Assembly (NCBI GenBank): GCA_964441805.1
Contig: CAYTVH010000002.1
Span: 1-56,710, forward strand
DNA length: 56,710 nucleotides
Source of the DNA: an uncultured Oscillospiraceae bacterium
Lineage (GTDB): Bacteria; Bacillota; Clostridia; Peptostreptococcales; Anaerovoracaceae
Direction of reading: 5' to 3'
Shown here: in pieces, positions 9,779 to 18,625 of the stretch
Numbering within the stretch: position 1 is the first letter of the stretch
Layout of the letters: each line of letters begins with the position of its first letter
Program-made: the position numbers and the translations under genes
The notes under the pieces: model-generated
Databases searched by the model: none
Told to the model about the DNA's origin: nothing
What the model saw: only the letters and a program-made list of their open reading frames with translations

Positions 9779-9807
9779 ATTATAACCCATCACGAGGCAG
9801 AAATCAA
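9779..9807 (-). promoter_or_regulatory. sigmaA promoter of proB-proC-nudF
   Basis: TTGATT-17 nt-TATAAT. Confidence 0.6.
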
Positions 9808-9830
9808 ATAACATGATGCCTACGGATAAT

Positions 9831-9858
9831 AAAAATGGGAGGGCTTACGCCCTCCCGC
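9831..9858 (-). terminator. Intrinsic terminator after spoVS
   Basis: GGGAGGGC-GTAA-GCCCTCCC followed by ATTTTT. Confidence 0.7.
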
Positions 9859-10118
9859 TATCTTGGCTCGACTATGAGCTTTATGGCTGTTCTTTCTTCA
9901 CCTTCGATCTCAATATCCGTAAATGCCGGAACCGACACCAGGTCTATTCCTCCCGGGGCCACAAACCCTCTTGCGATTGCTATGGCTTTTACCGCCTGAT
10001 TCAATGCACCTGCTCCTATCGCCTGTATCTCTGCTCCTCCCTTTTCACGTAAAACTCCGGCCAGTGCGCCTGCTACTGAATTTGGATTAGATTTGGCTGA
10101 TACTTTTAAAACTTCCAT
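9858..10118 (-). CDS. spoVS: Stage V sporulation protein S
   Basis: MEVLKVSAKSNPNSVAGALAG...AIGAGALNQAVKAIAIARG; 86 aa. Confidence 0.98.
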   Translation of the reverse strand: MEVLKVSAKSNPNSVAGALAGVLREKGGAEIQAIGAGALNQAVKAIAIARGFVAPGGIDLVSVPAFTDIEIEGEERTAIKLIVEPR

Positions 10119-10267
10119 TTTGATTCCTCCATTATTATAACAGTATTATATTGTTGCTCGGGGTAACCCCTTCACAGACAATTATATATTCGAAAAATTG
10201 GGTTTTATATGACTTTTACTCGACAAAAAACTACATAAAACTACACGTAGAATATAATTCTAGAAAA

Positions 10268-10294
10268 ATACGACTTTTAATTACTTTTTCCTAC
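10268..10294 (-). promoter_or_regulatory. Possible sigmaH promoter of spoVS
   Basis: GTAGGAAAA-11 nt-GTCGTAT, one mismatch to RNAGGAWWW-N11-RNNGAAT; spoVS is sigmaH-dependent in Bacillus. Confidence 0.35.
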
Positions 10295-10301
10295 AAACAG
10301 C

Positions 10302-10330
10302 TTGCTTTTTCAAATATTTTCACTTATAAT
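10302..10330 (+). promoter_or_regulatory. sigmaA promoter driving a putative sRNA
   Basis: TTGCTT-17 nt-TATAAT. Confidence 0.7.
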
Positions 10331-10336
10331 CAAGCT

Positions 10337-10420
10337 GTGGTTATCCCCCTGATAACCTCATTAATCTCTAATCCCAATACCCCTTTTAACAAAAGAGACC
10401 TTTTAGGTCTCTTTTGTTTT
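10337..10420 (+). ncRNA. Putative ~85-nt C-rich small RNA
   Basis: Starts 6 nt after TATAAT; 5' hairpin GGTTATC-CCCCT-GATAACC; CCC/CCCC linker; ends in terminator AACAAAAGAGACCT-TTT-AGGTCTCTTTTGTT. Confidence 0.55.
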
Positions 10421-10436
10421 ATGCTATAATTATCCC

Positions 10437-11447
10437 ATGAAGCAAATTATCAAAAAATACGATGAAAAAATATATACAAGCAGTGCCCTCGACTTTTATT
10501 TCGGCGGAATGAAAATCGGAGTTTTGGATATCGAAACGACCGGACTGAATCCATCTCGAAACAAATTTATCCTGGGAGGTCTTTTTGACCTTCAGAAAAA
10601 AGAGATACACCAGGTCTTTGCAGAGACCAGAGGTGAGGAAGAAGCCGCGCTGACTGCTTTCCTTGAAACATTATCGGGACTTGATATGGTCATCACTTAT
10701 AACGGCAGACACTTCGATATCCCTTTCATCGAAAGGCGAATGAAAAACTTCGGTATCAAGGGACAACTCCCTTATAATCTGGATCTTTATCTTGTGATCA
10801 ACGGTCATTCTCCAATAAAGAAATTCGTACCGAATCTTAAGCAAAAAACCGTGGAAAACTATATGGGGCTCTGGCAAAGCCGTACGGATGAGATTTCCGG
10901 AGGAGAAAGTGTTGAGCTCTATAACATGTTCGAGAGGACGCGTGATCCTGTACTGGGAGAAAAGATATTGCTCCACAACAGCGACGACGTGCTGCAGCTG
11001 ACACGCCTGATGAAGGTCATCGGCAAATGCGATCTCCACAGAGCCATGTACCATCTGGGATTCCCTGCGGGCAAATCTGCTGATGGAGGGGATGATCGCG
11101 GAATTGTTCAGGTGAAAAAGATCAGGATGGAGAAGGATCATCTGATGGTGTCGGGAATGCAGGGCAGCGGCGGCATTGACTACATGGGGTTTTCTTTTGG
11201 TGACTGGCCGGCAGAGACTCGTTTTGACAGAAAAACCGGCGAGTTCTTCATGAAGCTTCCGGTGATGAGAGATTCCGGGCTTTGCGTGGTGGATCTGGAT
11301 GCCGCAGGGCTGGACAGGGGACCTTTTGAGAAATATCCTTCCTGCAGCAGCGGATTTCTGGTGCTGGAAGACCATAACGACAGAAACTTCATGGAAACGA
11401 ACCACTTCGTAAAAGAGTTCATATCTCTGTTTATGGAGAATATATAA
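10437..11447 (+). CDS. RNase H-like domain protein (YprB / RNase_H_2, DEDD exonuclease fold)
   Basis: VLDIETTGL, TYNGRHFDIPF, NLKQKTVE, LHNSDDV. Confidence 0.85.
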   Translation: MKQIIKKYDEKIYTSSALDFYFGGMKIGVLDIETTGLNPSRNKFILGGLFDLQKKEIHQVFAETRGEEEAALTAFLETLSGLDMVITYNGRHFDIPFIERRMKNFGIKGQLPYNLDLYLVINGHSPIKKFVPNLKQKTVENYMGLWQSRTDEISGGESVELYNMFERTRDPVLGEKILLHNSDDVLQLTRLMKVIGKCDLHRAMYHLGFPAGKSADGGDDRGIVQVKKIRMEKDHLMVSGMQGSGGIDYMGFSFGDWPAETRFDRKTGEFFMKLPVMRDSGLCVVDLDAAGLDRGPFEKYPSCSSGFLVLEDHNDRNFMETNHFVKEFISLFMENI

Positions 11448-11485
11448 ATCGATATTTCAACGTACCGTAAGAAAGGAACTGTGAA

Positions 11486-12760
11486 ATGGATTTTATCGAC
11501 AGTATAAAAAAATCAAAAGAGGACAGTTATATTCTGGCATCACTGCCGGAGGACGTTAGAAACAACGCACTTGATGGGGTGGCAGCTGCGCTGGAGAATA
11601 ACAAAGATGCTATCTTCGCGGCAAATAAGATGGATATGGAGGCGGCGGCCGAAGCCGGTCTGCCGGCGCCGATAGTAAATCGACTCAAGTTCGATGCACA
11701 GAAATTGAGCGGCTGTATTGCCGGTATCAGAGATCTTGTGGATCTGGAGGACCCCCTTTTCAAGGAGCTCCTCAGAAGAGAGCTGGACGACGGTCTTGTG
11801 CTCACTAAAACAACATGTCCCATCGGAGTGATAGGCGTGATCTTTGAGTCACGTCCCGATGCACTGGTGCAGATAGCTGCCCTTTGCATGAAAAGCGGAA
11901 ACTGTGCAGTCCTCAAGGGCGGCAGCGAAGCTAAAAACACCAACAGAGTTTTATTCGATACCATTTATGGTGCGGCTGTCGATGCGGGGCTTCCGGAAGG
12001 GTTCGCAGTTTTAATAGAAGATCGTGCCGAAATAGGCGAACTGCTCAAGTGTCACGACTGGGTGGATCTGCTGATACCGCGCGGTTCCAATGAGTTCGTT
12101 CAGTACATCATGGATAATTCCAAGATTCCAGTTATGGGTCATGCGGATGGGATCTGTCATGTTTACGTGGACGGAGCTGCAAATATAGAAAAGGCTGTTC
12201 CTATCATTATCGATTCCAAGACCCAGTATGTGGCGGCGTGCAATACTGCTGAAACCCTGCTGGTGCACAAGGATATCGCGGAGCTTCTGATACCGCTTCT
12301 GGCTGATGCATCGGGCGATAAAATTAAATATCGATGCGATGCCAGATCCATGGGACTGATTCCATGCGAAGAAGCTGATGAAGAAGACTTCAGAACTGAG
12401 TATCTGGATTATATCCTTTCCATTAAAGTGGTGGATGATATCGATGAAGCTATTGAACATATCAACAAATACGGTTCCCATCATACGGACTGTATCATAA
12501 CGGAAGACAAAGATTCCGCTGAGAAATTCATGGCACTGGTGGATTCTGCAGGTGTATACCTGAACTGTTCAACTCGTTTCGCCGATGGGTTCCGCTATGG
12601 ATTCGGTGCTGAAGTTGGTATCAGTACCGGTAAGATCCATGCCCGCGGTCCTGTGGGTCTCGATGGGCTGGTAACTTACAAGTATAAACTGGTTGGTGAA
12701 GGCCATGTGGTTGCAGATTATGCCAGCGGTATATCGACATTCAAATTCAGGGATCTGTAG
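11486..12760 (+). CDS. proA: Gamma-glutamyl phosphate reductase
   Basis: PIGVIGVIFESRP, LKGGSEA, IPRG, CNTAET, HTDCI, STRFADG, GAEVGIST, HARGPVGL. Confidence 0.98.
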   Translation: MDFIDSIKKSKEDSYILASLPEDVRNNALDGVAAALENNKDAIFAANKMDMEAAAEAGLPAPIVNRLKFDAQKLSGCIAGIRDLVDLEDPLFKELLRRELDDGLVLTKTTCPIGVIGVIFESRPDALVQIAALCMKSGNCAVLKGGSEAKNTNRVLFDTIYGAAVDAGLPEGFAVLIEDRAEIGELLKCHDWVDLLIPRGSNEFVQYIMDNSKIPVMGHADGICHVYVDGAANIEKAVPIIIDSKTQYVAACNTAETLLVHKDIAELLIPLLADASGDKIKYRCDARSMGLIPCEEADEEDFRTEYLDYILSIKVVDDIDEAIEHINKYGSHHTDCIITEDKDSAEKFMALVDSAGVYLNCSTRFADGFRYGFGAEVGISTGKIHARGPVGLDGLVTYKYKLVGEGHVVADYASGISTFKFRDL

Positions 12761-12786
12761 AATAACGGGAGACTGACGATATTTTG

Positions 12787-12814
12787 GGGACGTACAAAAA
12801 GTGCGTCCTTTTTT
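12787..12814 (+). terminator. Intrinsic terminator after proA
   Basis: GGACGTAC-AAAAA-GTGCGTCC followed by TTTTTT. Confidence 0.55.
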
Positions 12815-12815
12815 G

Positions 12816-12844
12816 TTGACTCTTATTGGAAATAATTGTAAAAT
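12816..12844 (+). promoter_or_regulatory. sigmaA promoter of the orphan nuclease-like gene
   Basis: TTGACT-17 nt-TAAAAT. Confidence 0.6.
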
Positions 12845-12876
12845 ATAGCAAATAAGGGTATTGAGAGGTGGATGTG

Positions 12877-13671
12877 ATGTATATTTCAAAAATTGATTTG
12901 ATCACTGCCCTTGAAGGTGTCAGGAAAAGAAAGGCTATGATCATTGATTACTTAGAAGCTGTTGGTGACTCTAGGATAGTCTGTCGGGCAAAAGATTCTC
13001 GAGTTTACTATTCCGAAGTAAAAAACAACAAAGAAGCTGGTATATCTAAAAACAAAAAACGAATCTATGAACTCATGCTGAAGGAATTCTACCGGGAACA
13101 GTTAAAAATACTGATAGCTAACGAACGAGCACTGGAATATTGCTTGAAGCATTATCAAGATCATCATACGGATGCTATCTTAGATAAGCTATCTGTACGT
13201 TTCACAGATGCTGCTGTTAAAGATATATTATGCTCATCAGTAAGCGACTGGAGCAAGCAGCCGTATGAAAAAAATCCGTTCTATAAGGAGAATTATGAAT
13301 TCGTTACGACGAACGGGGTTTTGGTACGGTCTAAATCAGAGCGAGAAATAGCCAATGCCCTGGAGGCTGCCGGTCTGCAGTATCAAAGCGATGTTCTGAT
13401 CGAATGCGATGATGAACATTACTATGCTGACTTTCTTATTATGAGACCTGACAGAACAAAAGCTATTTGGGAACATTTCGGTCGTGAACATGATAAAGTA
13501 TATATGGCCAAGAACCAGCAGCGGATCAAGGACTATATCTCCATTGGTTACAGACCGTGGGACAACTTGATCTGGACCCTGGACTCAGATCTTAAAAGCA
13601 ACAAGACTATACGGAATATCATTCAGCGATTTCTTCTATGTGATGTGAATAAGGGTTTCTCGCGAAAATAG
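12877..13671 (+). CDS. Hypothetical protein with a C-terminal PD-(D/E)XK/Vsr-like nuclease domain (RSKSE family)
   Basis: ATG 12877 after GAGAGGTG; VRSKSEREIANAL, YYADFLI and IWEHFG motifs; AT-rich N-terminal half. Confidence 0.65.
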   Translation: MYISKIDLITALEGVRKRKAMIIDYLEAVGDSRIVCRAKDSRVYYSEVKNNKEAGISKNKKRIYELMLKEFYREQLKILIANERALEYCLKHYQDHHTDAILDKLSVRFTDAAVKDILCSSVSDWSKQPYEKNPFYKENYEFVTTNGVLVRSKSEREIANALEAAGLQYQSDVLIECDDEHYYADFLIMRPDRTKAIWEHFGREHDKVYMAKNQQRIKDYISIGYRPWDNLIWTLDSDLKSNKTIRNIIQRFLLCDVNKGFSRK

Positions 13672-13683
13672 TTTTTCCTTATA

Positions 13684-13880
13684 ATTATGGGATTATTGAG
13701 GCTTTTTTGCCGGATGCTCTGGGGTTTCATCGTTGTTTTCTCGGGATATGAAAATAGCAACAAAAAAATGGGAGGAAATCACGTTTTTCTCCCATTTTTA
13801 TGTACGTTTTTTCTAATTACGAGAATTCTCTTGCGTTGTGTGTCTAAAACGCCCCTTAAACGCTTAAAAACTCCCATAAT
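13684..13880. repeat. ~197-bp degenerate palindromic element
   Basis: Outer arms ATTATGGGA / TCCCATAAT; inner AAAAATGGGAG-N14-CTCCCATTTTT; the inner 37 nt of the two arms match at 28/37 positions. Confidence 0.7.
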
Positions 13881-13959
13881 ATTACCTATCATATGAATTT
13901 CAGAGAATCTCGATAAAAGAATAAGCACTCTCCAGAGACCCCCCCTGTCCAATCTCCCG

Positions 13960-14373
13960 CTACTTCTCGAGATATCCTCTCAAGGCTTCCACGGCGTTGT
14001 CGATGTGGACACCAAGAGGCTGCTCTTCGACGCTGACTACGTGGATGTGGCAGCGATTGATGGGAAGGAGTATCTTATAAGTGTGGCTGCCGCCGATGGC
14101 CGTTGCCATGGCAGGTGTCAGTTCACCCATCATCGCGTTGGCGTTGAGTATGCCGATAACGCCCATTACGATATCAACATGCTGCATGTTGTGGATGATG
14201 GCATTCTCACCTGTAGCCCCTTCATCGGCGCCGGCTTTGAGCATCTGTCCTGTTGCCACTGCATTGGTTCCCAATGCTATCACTTCCAGATCAGGAAATG
14301 CTTTTTTTACTTTTTCTACAATGGCCTTTCCGATGCCGCCGCCCTGTCCGTCTACTACTGCTACTGTTTTCAT
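13960..14373 (-). CDS. DUF3842 family protein
   Basis: MKTVAVVDGQGGGIG, ALGTNAVAT, GATGENAI, MMGELTP; start moved to ATG 14373 (AAGGAG RBS). Confidence 0.85.
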   Translation of the reverse strand: MKTVAVVDGQGGGIGKAIVEKVKKAFPDLEVIALGTNAVATGQMLKAGADEGATGENAIIHNMQHVDIVMGVIGILNANAMMGELTPAMATAIGGSHTYKILLPINRCHIHVVSVEEQPLGVHIDNAVEALRGYLEK

Positions 14374-14410
14374 ATTTTGCTCCTTCAATGGGCTCTGGGC
14401 CCTTACTGTT

Positions 14411-14935
14411 TTACCATCCTCTGTTGTAATCGGTATAACAGTCGAGGCATACTGTCTTACCGTCCATAAGTCTCATCTTGTTTTCCGGTGCCGCTTCTCC
14501 ACACACATGGCATTTTAGCGATTTAAGTGATTTCGCCTTTACCGGCACAGGAATTCGAGGCTCTCCCACATGAAAAACTTCTTCCAAAGGTGCACTTAGC
14601 ACGAAGTCTATATATTCCTGCCCATGCAAACCTTCTTTCTTGTCTTTCGCCATAAGCCTGAAAGCATCGCCTGTCCTGCGGTCGAAAAAGTTGAAAGCAA
14701 ATTTACCCGTACCGTGATATATGAGGTTGCCTTTGCCCAGTGTACATCCCAGCACATACTGGATGCCATCTACACCACAGGCATCGTTTTCCGTCACGCA
14801 TACCACTTCTTCATCGCCTGAACGCTCGATATCAAATCTCTTCTGAGCCTCCATGGCTGCCCTCACTCCCAGGGCAAGTCCGCCGCATGTATGGCCGTGG
14901 AATGCCACGGCTTGCTGCCAAAGCTTATTGTCCAT
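14411..14935 (-). CDS. FmdE-family protein with a C-terminal zinc finger
   Basis: FHGHTCGGLALG, ENDACGVDGIQ, CTLGKGNL, CHVCGE...CLDC. Confidence 0.88.
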   Translation of the reverse strand: MDNKLWQQAVAFHGHTCGGLALGVRAAMEAQKRFDIERSGDEEVVCVTENDACGVDGIQYVLGCTLGKGNLIYHGTGKFAFNFFDRRTGDAFRLMAKDKKEGLHGQEYIDFVLSAPLEEVFHVGEPRIPVPVKAKSLKSLKCHVCGEAAPENKMRLMDGKTVCLDCYTDYNRGW

Positions 14936-14995
14936 AATCTCTCCAATCAATTCTGGGAAAGCCATATGGTTTTCTCCGGTTCTTTCTTGATTTTT

Positions 14996-16084
14996 CTACA
15001 GATCCAGCTTGTAATCTCCGTCTTTTATCTTTCCTGTCTTCCTCATGAACTTATCTATGATAAGAGTAAGGATCGCAGGCAGTACGATATGCAGAAGAAC
15101 TACCTTCCAAAGCACATCAAATGTGAAGCCCATATCTGTGAATGTGCCGATCTGCCCAACCAGTCCGCAAGTACCCATTCCGGCACCCACCGGGATATTG
15201 GTCATCTTGAACACGCATGTGGAGATCGGTCCTATGATGGCTCCTGACAGTGTTGCCGGCACCAGGATCCAAGGGTTCTTGATTATATTGGCAACCTGCA
15301 GCATGGATGTTCCGATGCCCTGGGCCACAAGTCCGCCAACTCCGTTTTCCTTGTAGCTGGCAACTGCAAAGCCTACCATCTGTGCACAGCATCCCACAGT
15401 TGCTGCCCCTGCCGCAAGTCCCGAAAGTTCCAGCATTATACAGATAGCTGCACTGGAAATAGGTGCTGTCAACGCCAGACCTACCAGCACTGAAATAACT
15501 ATACCAAAGAGGAACGGCTGCCACTCGGTGGCTGTCATTATCAGCTCACCCAGCTTCATCATGAGCCATCCTATTGCAGGCCCTACCAGTTTGGCTGCGA
15601 TACCGCCAACGATAAGTGTCACCGCAGGAGTCACGATAATGTCCACTTTAGTTTCCTTGGAAACTGCCTTGCCGAATTCAGCTGCAAGTATCACTGCTAT
15701 GAAAGCACCTGCCGGGCCTCCATTGTACGCGATACCAAAACCTGTCATACTGGCTCCCATCATACCCACTGCTGCAGATGTGAACAGTACAAGCGGCGGC
15801 GACTTGAGTCCCCAGGCCACAGCCACTCCTATGGCTGCACCCATGCATGCCTTAGCCTGAGCACCTATCTCCACCAGAAATGCAGATATGGCATTGTCAC
15901 CAAACAGATTGGCCGTCTGCACACCTAATGTATCAAAGATCACACCTATCAGAAGCGATGCAAACAAGCCCAGTGCCATAGCCGACATGGCATCCTGCAG
16001 ATAACGCTTCGCTGAAATCTCTATATCTTTTCTCTTAAGAAAACTTTCACGAGGTGCGTTTGCTGCGGTTTTTTCTTCCTTCAT
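14996..16084 (-). CDS. Stand-alone PTS IIC-like (PTS_EIIC_2/PfoR-type) membrane protein
   Basis: MALGLFASLLIG, ETKVDIIVTP, TAPISSAAI, GIGTSMLQV, GMGTCGLVG. Confidence 0.85.
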   Translation of the reverse strand: MKEEKTAANAPRESFLKRKDIEISAKRYLQDAMSAMALGLFASLLIGVIFDTLGVQTANLFGDNAISAFLVEIGAQAKACMGAAIGVAVAWGLKSPPLVLFTSAAVGMMGASMTGFGIAYNGGPAGAFIAVILAAEFGKAVSKETKVDIIVTPAVTLIVGGIAAKLVGPAIGWLMMKLGELIMTATEWQPFLFGIVISVLVGLALTAPISSAAICIMLELSGLAAGAATVGCCAQMVGFAVASYKENGVGGLVAQGIGTSMLQVANIIKNPWILVPATLSGAIIGPISTCVFKMTNIPVGAGMGTCGLVGQIGTFTDMGFTFDVLWKVVLLHIVLPAILTLIIDKFMRKTGKIKDGDYKLDL

Positions 16085-16098
16085 GTTACTTCACCTTC

Positions 16099-17130
16099 TT
16101 ACATATCCTTTATAATCGTCATAAGGTCTGAGAATATTCCGTATCCGGCCTGCACGATGCCGGGAGCTTCTTCTATGATCGTCATTTCACCCATGAGATC
16201 TGTAGTTATGGAAATCGCTGTCGATGTACCTTTGACATCGGCGAAAACATCATATTCATCTATTTCTTCAGGCGCCACCTTAGCTTTTACTACGCCATCT
16301 TCTTCATAAGCACGGCACATTAGCTTTATAACGTTTCCCCTTGAAGCAGCTTCATCGATATCTTTCTTGGTTATATTTTCAATGCCTGTGAATTCAACAT
16401 CCTTAGGCGTAAAGTCTGCACCCATCATGGCATTGGCTATGATGGCCATCTTCACCGCCGCTTCTTTTCCTTCAACGTCGTTACTAGGATTTGCCTCTAA
16501 AACTCCGCGTTTCTTCAGCTCGGCAATGACGTCCTTAAACTCTTTACCATCCTCAAGGCCTTTTAATATATAGTTGGTCGTACTGTTGAGGATACCTTTT
16601 ACTTCTTTTACTCTGCAAAGGGGCAGGTTTTCTCTTACTATCTTGAACACCGGCGTGCCGTCCATCAGTATGGCTTCAAACAGGAACTTGCAGTCGTTCT
16701 TCTCAGCCAGATCCTTAAGTTCTTTGTAATGCCATGCGATAGGGCCCTTGTTGGCACAGATGACATGTCTGCCTCTTTTCAGAGCTGTCATCACATGGTC
16801 TGTCGCCATGTGTGAATTGGTGAATTCCAACGGTGTCATTTCTATCAAAACATCATAATCCACAGTTTCCGCCACATCCAGTGCATTTCTCTGAAGCATG
16901 GTTTCCTGACTCTTGGGGAATACTCCTGTTTCTTGGATATTAGTGAGTACTCTGTCCAGATCGATACCCCAGGCATCGACCAGATTTCCCCTGGTCTTTG
17001 TGGTGATGGCAACAACATTTACCGAAGTGCCGTAAATTTTTTCGATTTCCTGTTTTTTATCCAGAAGTATCCTTGAAAAAGCCTGACCAAGACTTCCGAA
17101 TCCCAGTAAAGCCACATTGAGTTTTTTCAT
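16099..17130 (-). CDS. hom: Homoserine dehydrogenase (no ACT domain)
   Basis: Start at MKKLNVALLGFGSLG (ATG 17130); ANKGP, GILNSTTNYIL, EANPSNDVEG. Confidence 0.8.
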   Translation of the reverse strand: MKKLNVALLGFGSLGQAFSRILLDKKQEIEKIYGTSVNVVAITTKTRGNLVDAWGIDLDRVLTNIQETGVFPKSQETMLQRNALDVAETVDYDVLIEMTPLEFTNSHMATDHVMTALKRGRHVICANKGPIAWHYKELKDLAEKNDCKFLFEAILMDGTPVFKIVRENLPLCRVKEVKGILNSTTNYILKGLEDGKEFKDVIAELKKRGVLEANPSNDVEGKEAAVKMAIIANAMMGADFTPKDVEFTGIENITKKDIDEAASRGNVIKLMCRAYEEDGVVKAKVAPEEIDEYDVFADVKGTSTAISITTDLMGEMTIIEEAPGIVQAGYGIFSDLMTIIKDM

Positions 17131-17185
17131 ACTTGTCACTCCCTCTGTAATATGGTCTGCGCGCCAAAGCAAGCAGGCAGCTCAT

Positions 17186-17222
17186 AAAAAAAATATAGGT
17201 GCGGATAAACCGCACCTATATT
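17186..17222 (-). terminator. Intrinsic terminator after the aminotransferase
   Basis: AATATAGGTGCGG-TTTAT-CCGCACCTATATT followed by a T run. Confidence 0.8.
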
Positions 17223-17238
17223 ATAGTTATTTTTAATC

Positions 17239-18588
17239 TTACATGCAAGCTTTGAGAGCGTTTTCGAAGATTTCCAGACCGGCGTCCAGCTGAGCGTCAG
17301 TTACGCACAGAGGGCACAGGAATCTGATAACGTTTCCGTATGTACCTGCAGCTTCCAGCATCAGACCATTGTTCATAGCTTCCTGAACGATAGCGTTTAC
17401 GATAGCAGCGTTAGGAGTCTTTGATTCCTTATCAGTAACGAATTCGATACCCATCATAGCACCTGTACCTCTAACGTTACCAACTACTTCGTACTTGTCA
17501 ACCCATTCATTGAATCTGTTGCCAACCTTTTCTGCGATGTGGAGAGCCTTAGCAGGATAGTCATCTCTTTCCATGATTTCGATAACCTTCAGAGCAGCTG
17601 CAGCTGACATAGCGTTAGCACCGAAAGTACCGCCGATTGTTCCAGGGTGAACCTTATCCATGATTTCTGCTCTTGCAGTTACTGCTGAGATAGGCATACC
17701 GGCAGCGATTGACTTAGCTGTAGTCATGATGTCAGGAGCGCAGCCGGCTTCTGCGAAGTACTGTGAAGCGAACATTCTTCCTGATCTTCCCCAACCAGTC
17801 TGAACTTCGTCACATACCATCAGGATACCGTGGTCGTCACAGATCTTTCTAACAGCCTTAACCCATTCGATAGGTGCAGGAATGAATCCGCCTTCGCCCT
17901 GTACCGGTTCGAATACGATAGCAGCACATGAATCATATGGAGTAGCTTCTACGAATACCTGTTCCAGTTTTTCAACATAGTACTTGATAGCTTCTTCTTC
18001 GTTCATTCCGCCCGGTGCTCTGTACAGGTTAGGGAATTCAGCTCTGTAGATACCATCAGGGAATGGACCCATGCCTACTGCGTAAGCTTTCTTAGCTGTC
18101 ATAGTCATTGTCAGAGCAGTTCTTCCGTGGAATGCGCCTGTGAATACGATGATGTTAGGTCTGCCGGTGTAGCTTCTGGCGATCTTTACAGCGTTTTCGT
18201 CAGCTTCTGAACCTGAGCAAACGAACATTGACTTTTTCTTGTCGCCCTTAACAGGAACGATTCTGTTCATTTCTTCAGCCAGCTTAACGTAACCTTCGTG
18301 AGTAGTGATGTTGAACATTGAGTGGAAGAACTTGTCTGCCTGCTCCTTAACAGCTTCTACTACTTCCGGATTAGTGTATCCCATGTTCAGTACGCCAACG
18401 CCGCCGATCCAGTCGAGGAAGATGTTTCCGTCAACGTCTTCGAACATAGCGCCTTCGCCTCTTGCGATGCACGCTTTGTAAGCACATCCGATAGCGCCCG
18501 GTACAGCTTCAGCTCTTCTTTCCAGTAATGCCTTAGCGTTAGGTCCTGGTAATGGTGTTACGATCTTAGGTAATGCTTCTCTTAACAT
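17239..18588 (-). CDS. Class III PLP aminotransferase (GabT / 4-aminobutyrate / beta-alanine aminotransferase-like)
   Basis: SGSEADENAVK, AFHGRT, EPVQGEGG, DEVQTGWGRSG, AKSIAAG, GGTFG. Confidence 0.9.
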   Translation of the reverse strand: MLREALPKIVTPLPGPNAKALLERRAEAVPGAIGCAYKACIARGEGAMFEDVDGNIFLDWIGGVGVLNMGYTNPEVVEAVKEQADKFFHSMFNITTHEGYVKLAEEMNRIVPVKGDKKKSMFVCSGSEADENAVKIARSYTGRPNIIVFTGAFHGRTALTMTMTAKKAYAVGMGPFPDGIYRAEFPNLYRAPGGMNEEEAIKYYVEKLEQVFVEATPYDSCAAIVFEPVQGEGGFIPAPIEWVKAVRKICDDHGILMVCDEVQTGWGRSGRMFASQYFAEAGCAPDIMTTAKSIAAGMPISAVTARAEIMDKVHPGTIGGTFGANAMSAAAALKVIEIMERDDYPAKALHIAEKVGNRFNEWVDKYEVVGNVRGTGAMMGIEFVTDKESKTPNAAIVNAIVQEAMNNGLMLEAAGTYGNVIRFLCPLCVTDAQLDAGLEIFENALKACM

Positions 18589-18625
18589 AATAAACCTCCA
18601 TAAAATATATTTTATGTTTTAAAAA

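Noticed and set aside
9831..9858. AAAAATGGGAG as a third copy of the palindromic element
   Set aside because: Loop geometry differs, and it is fully explained as the spoVS terminator
13687..13896. 69-aa ORF (likewise 28620-28868 and 10151-10429)
   Set aside because: These coincide with palindromic or regulatory DNA, lack an RBS and have low-complexity translations
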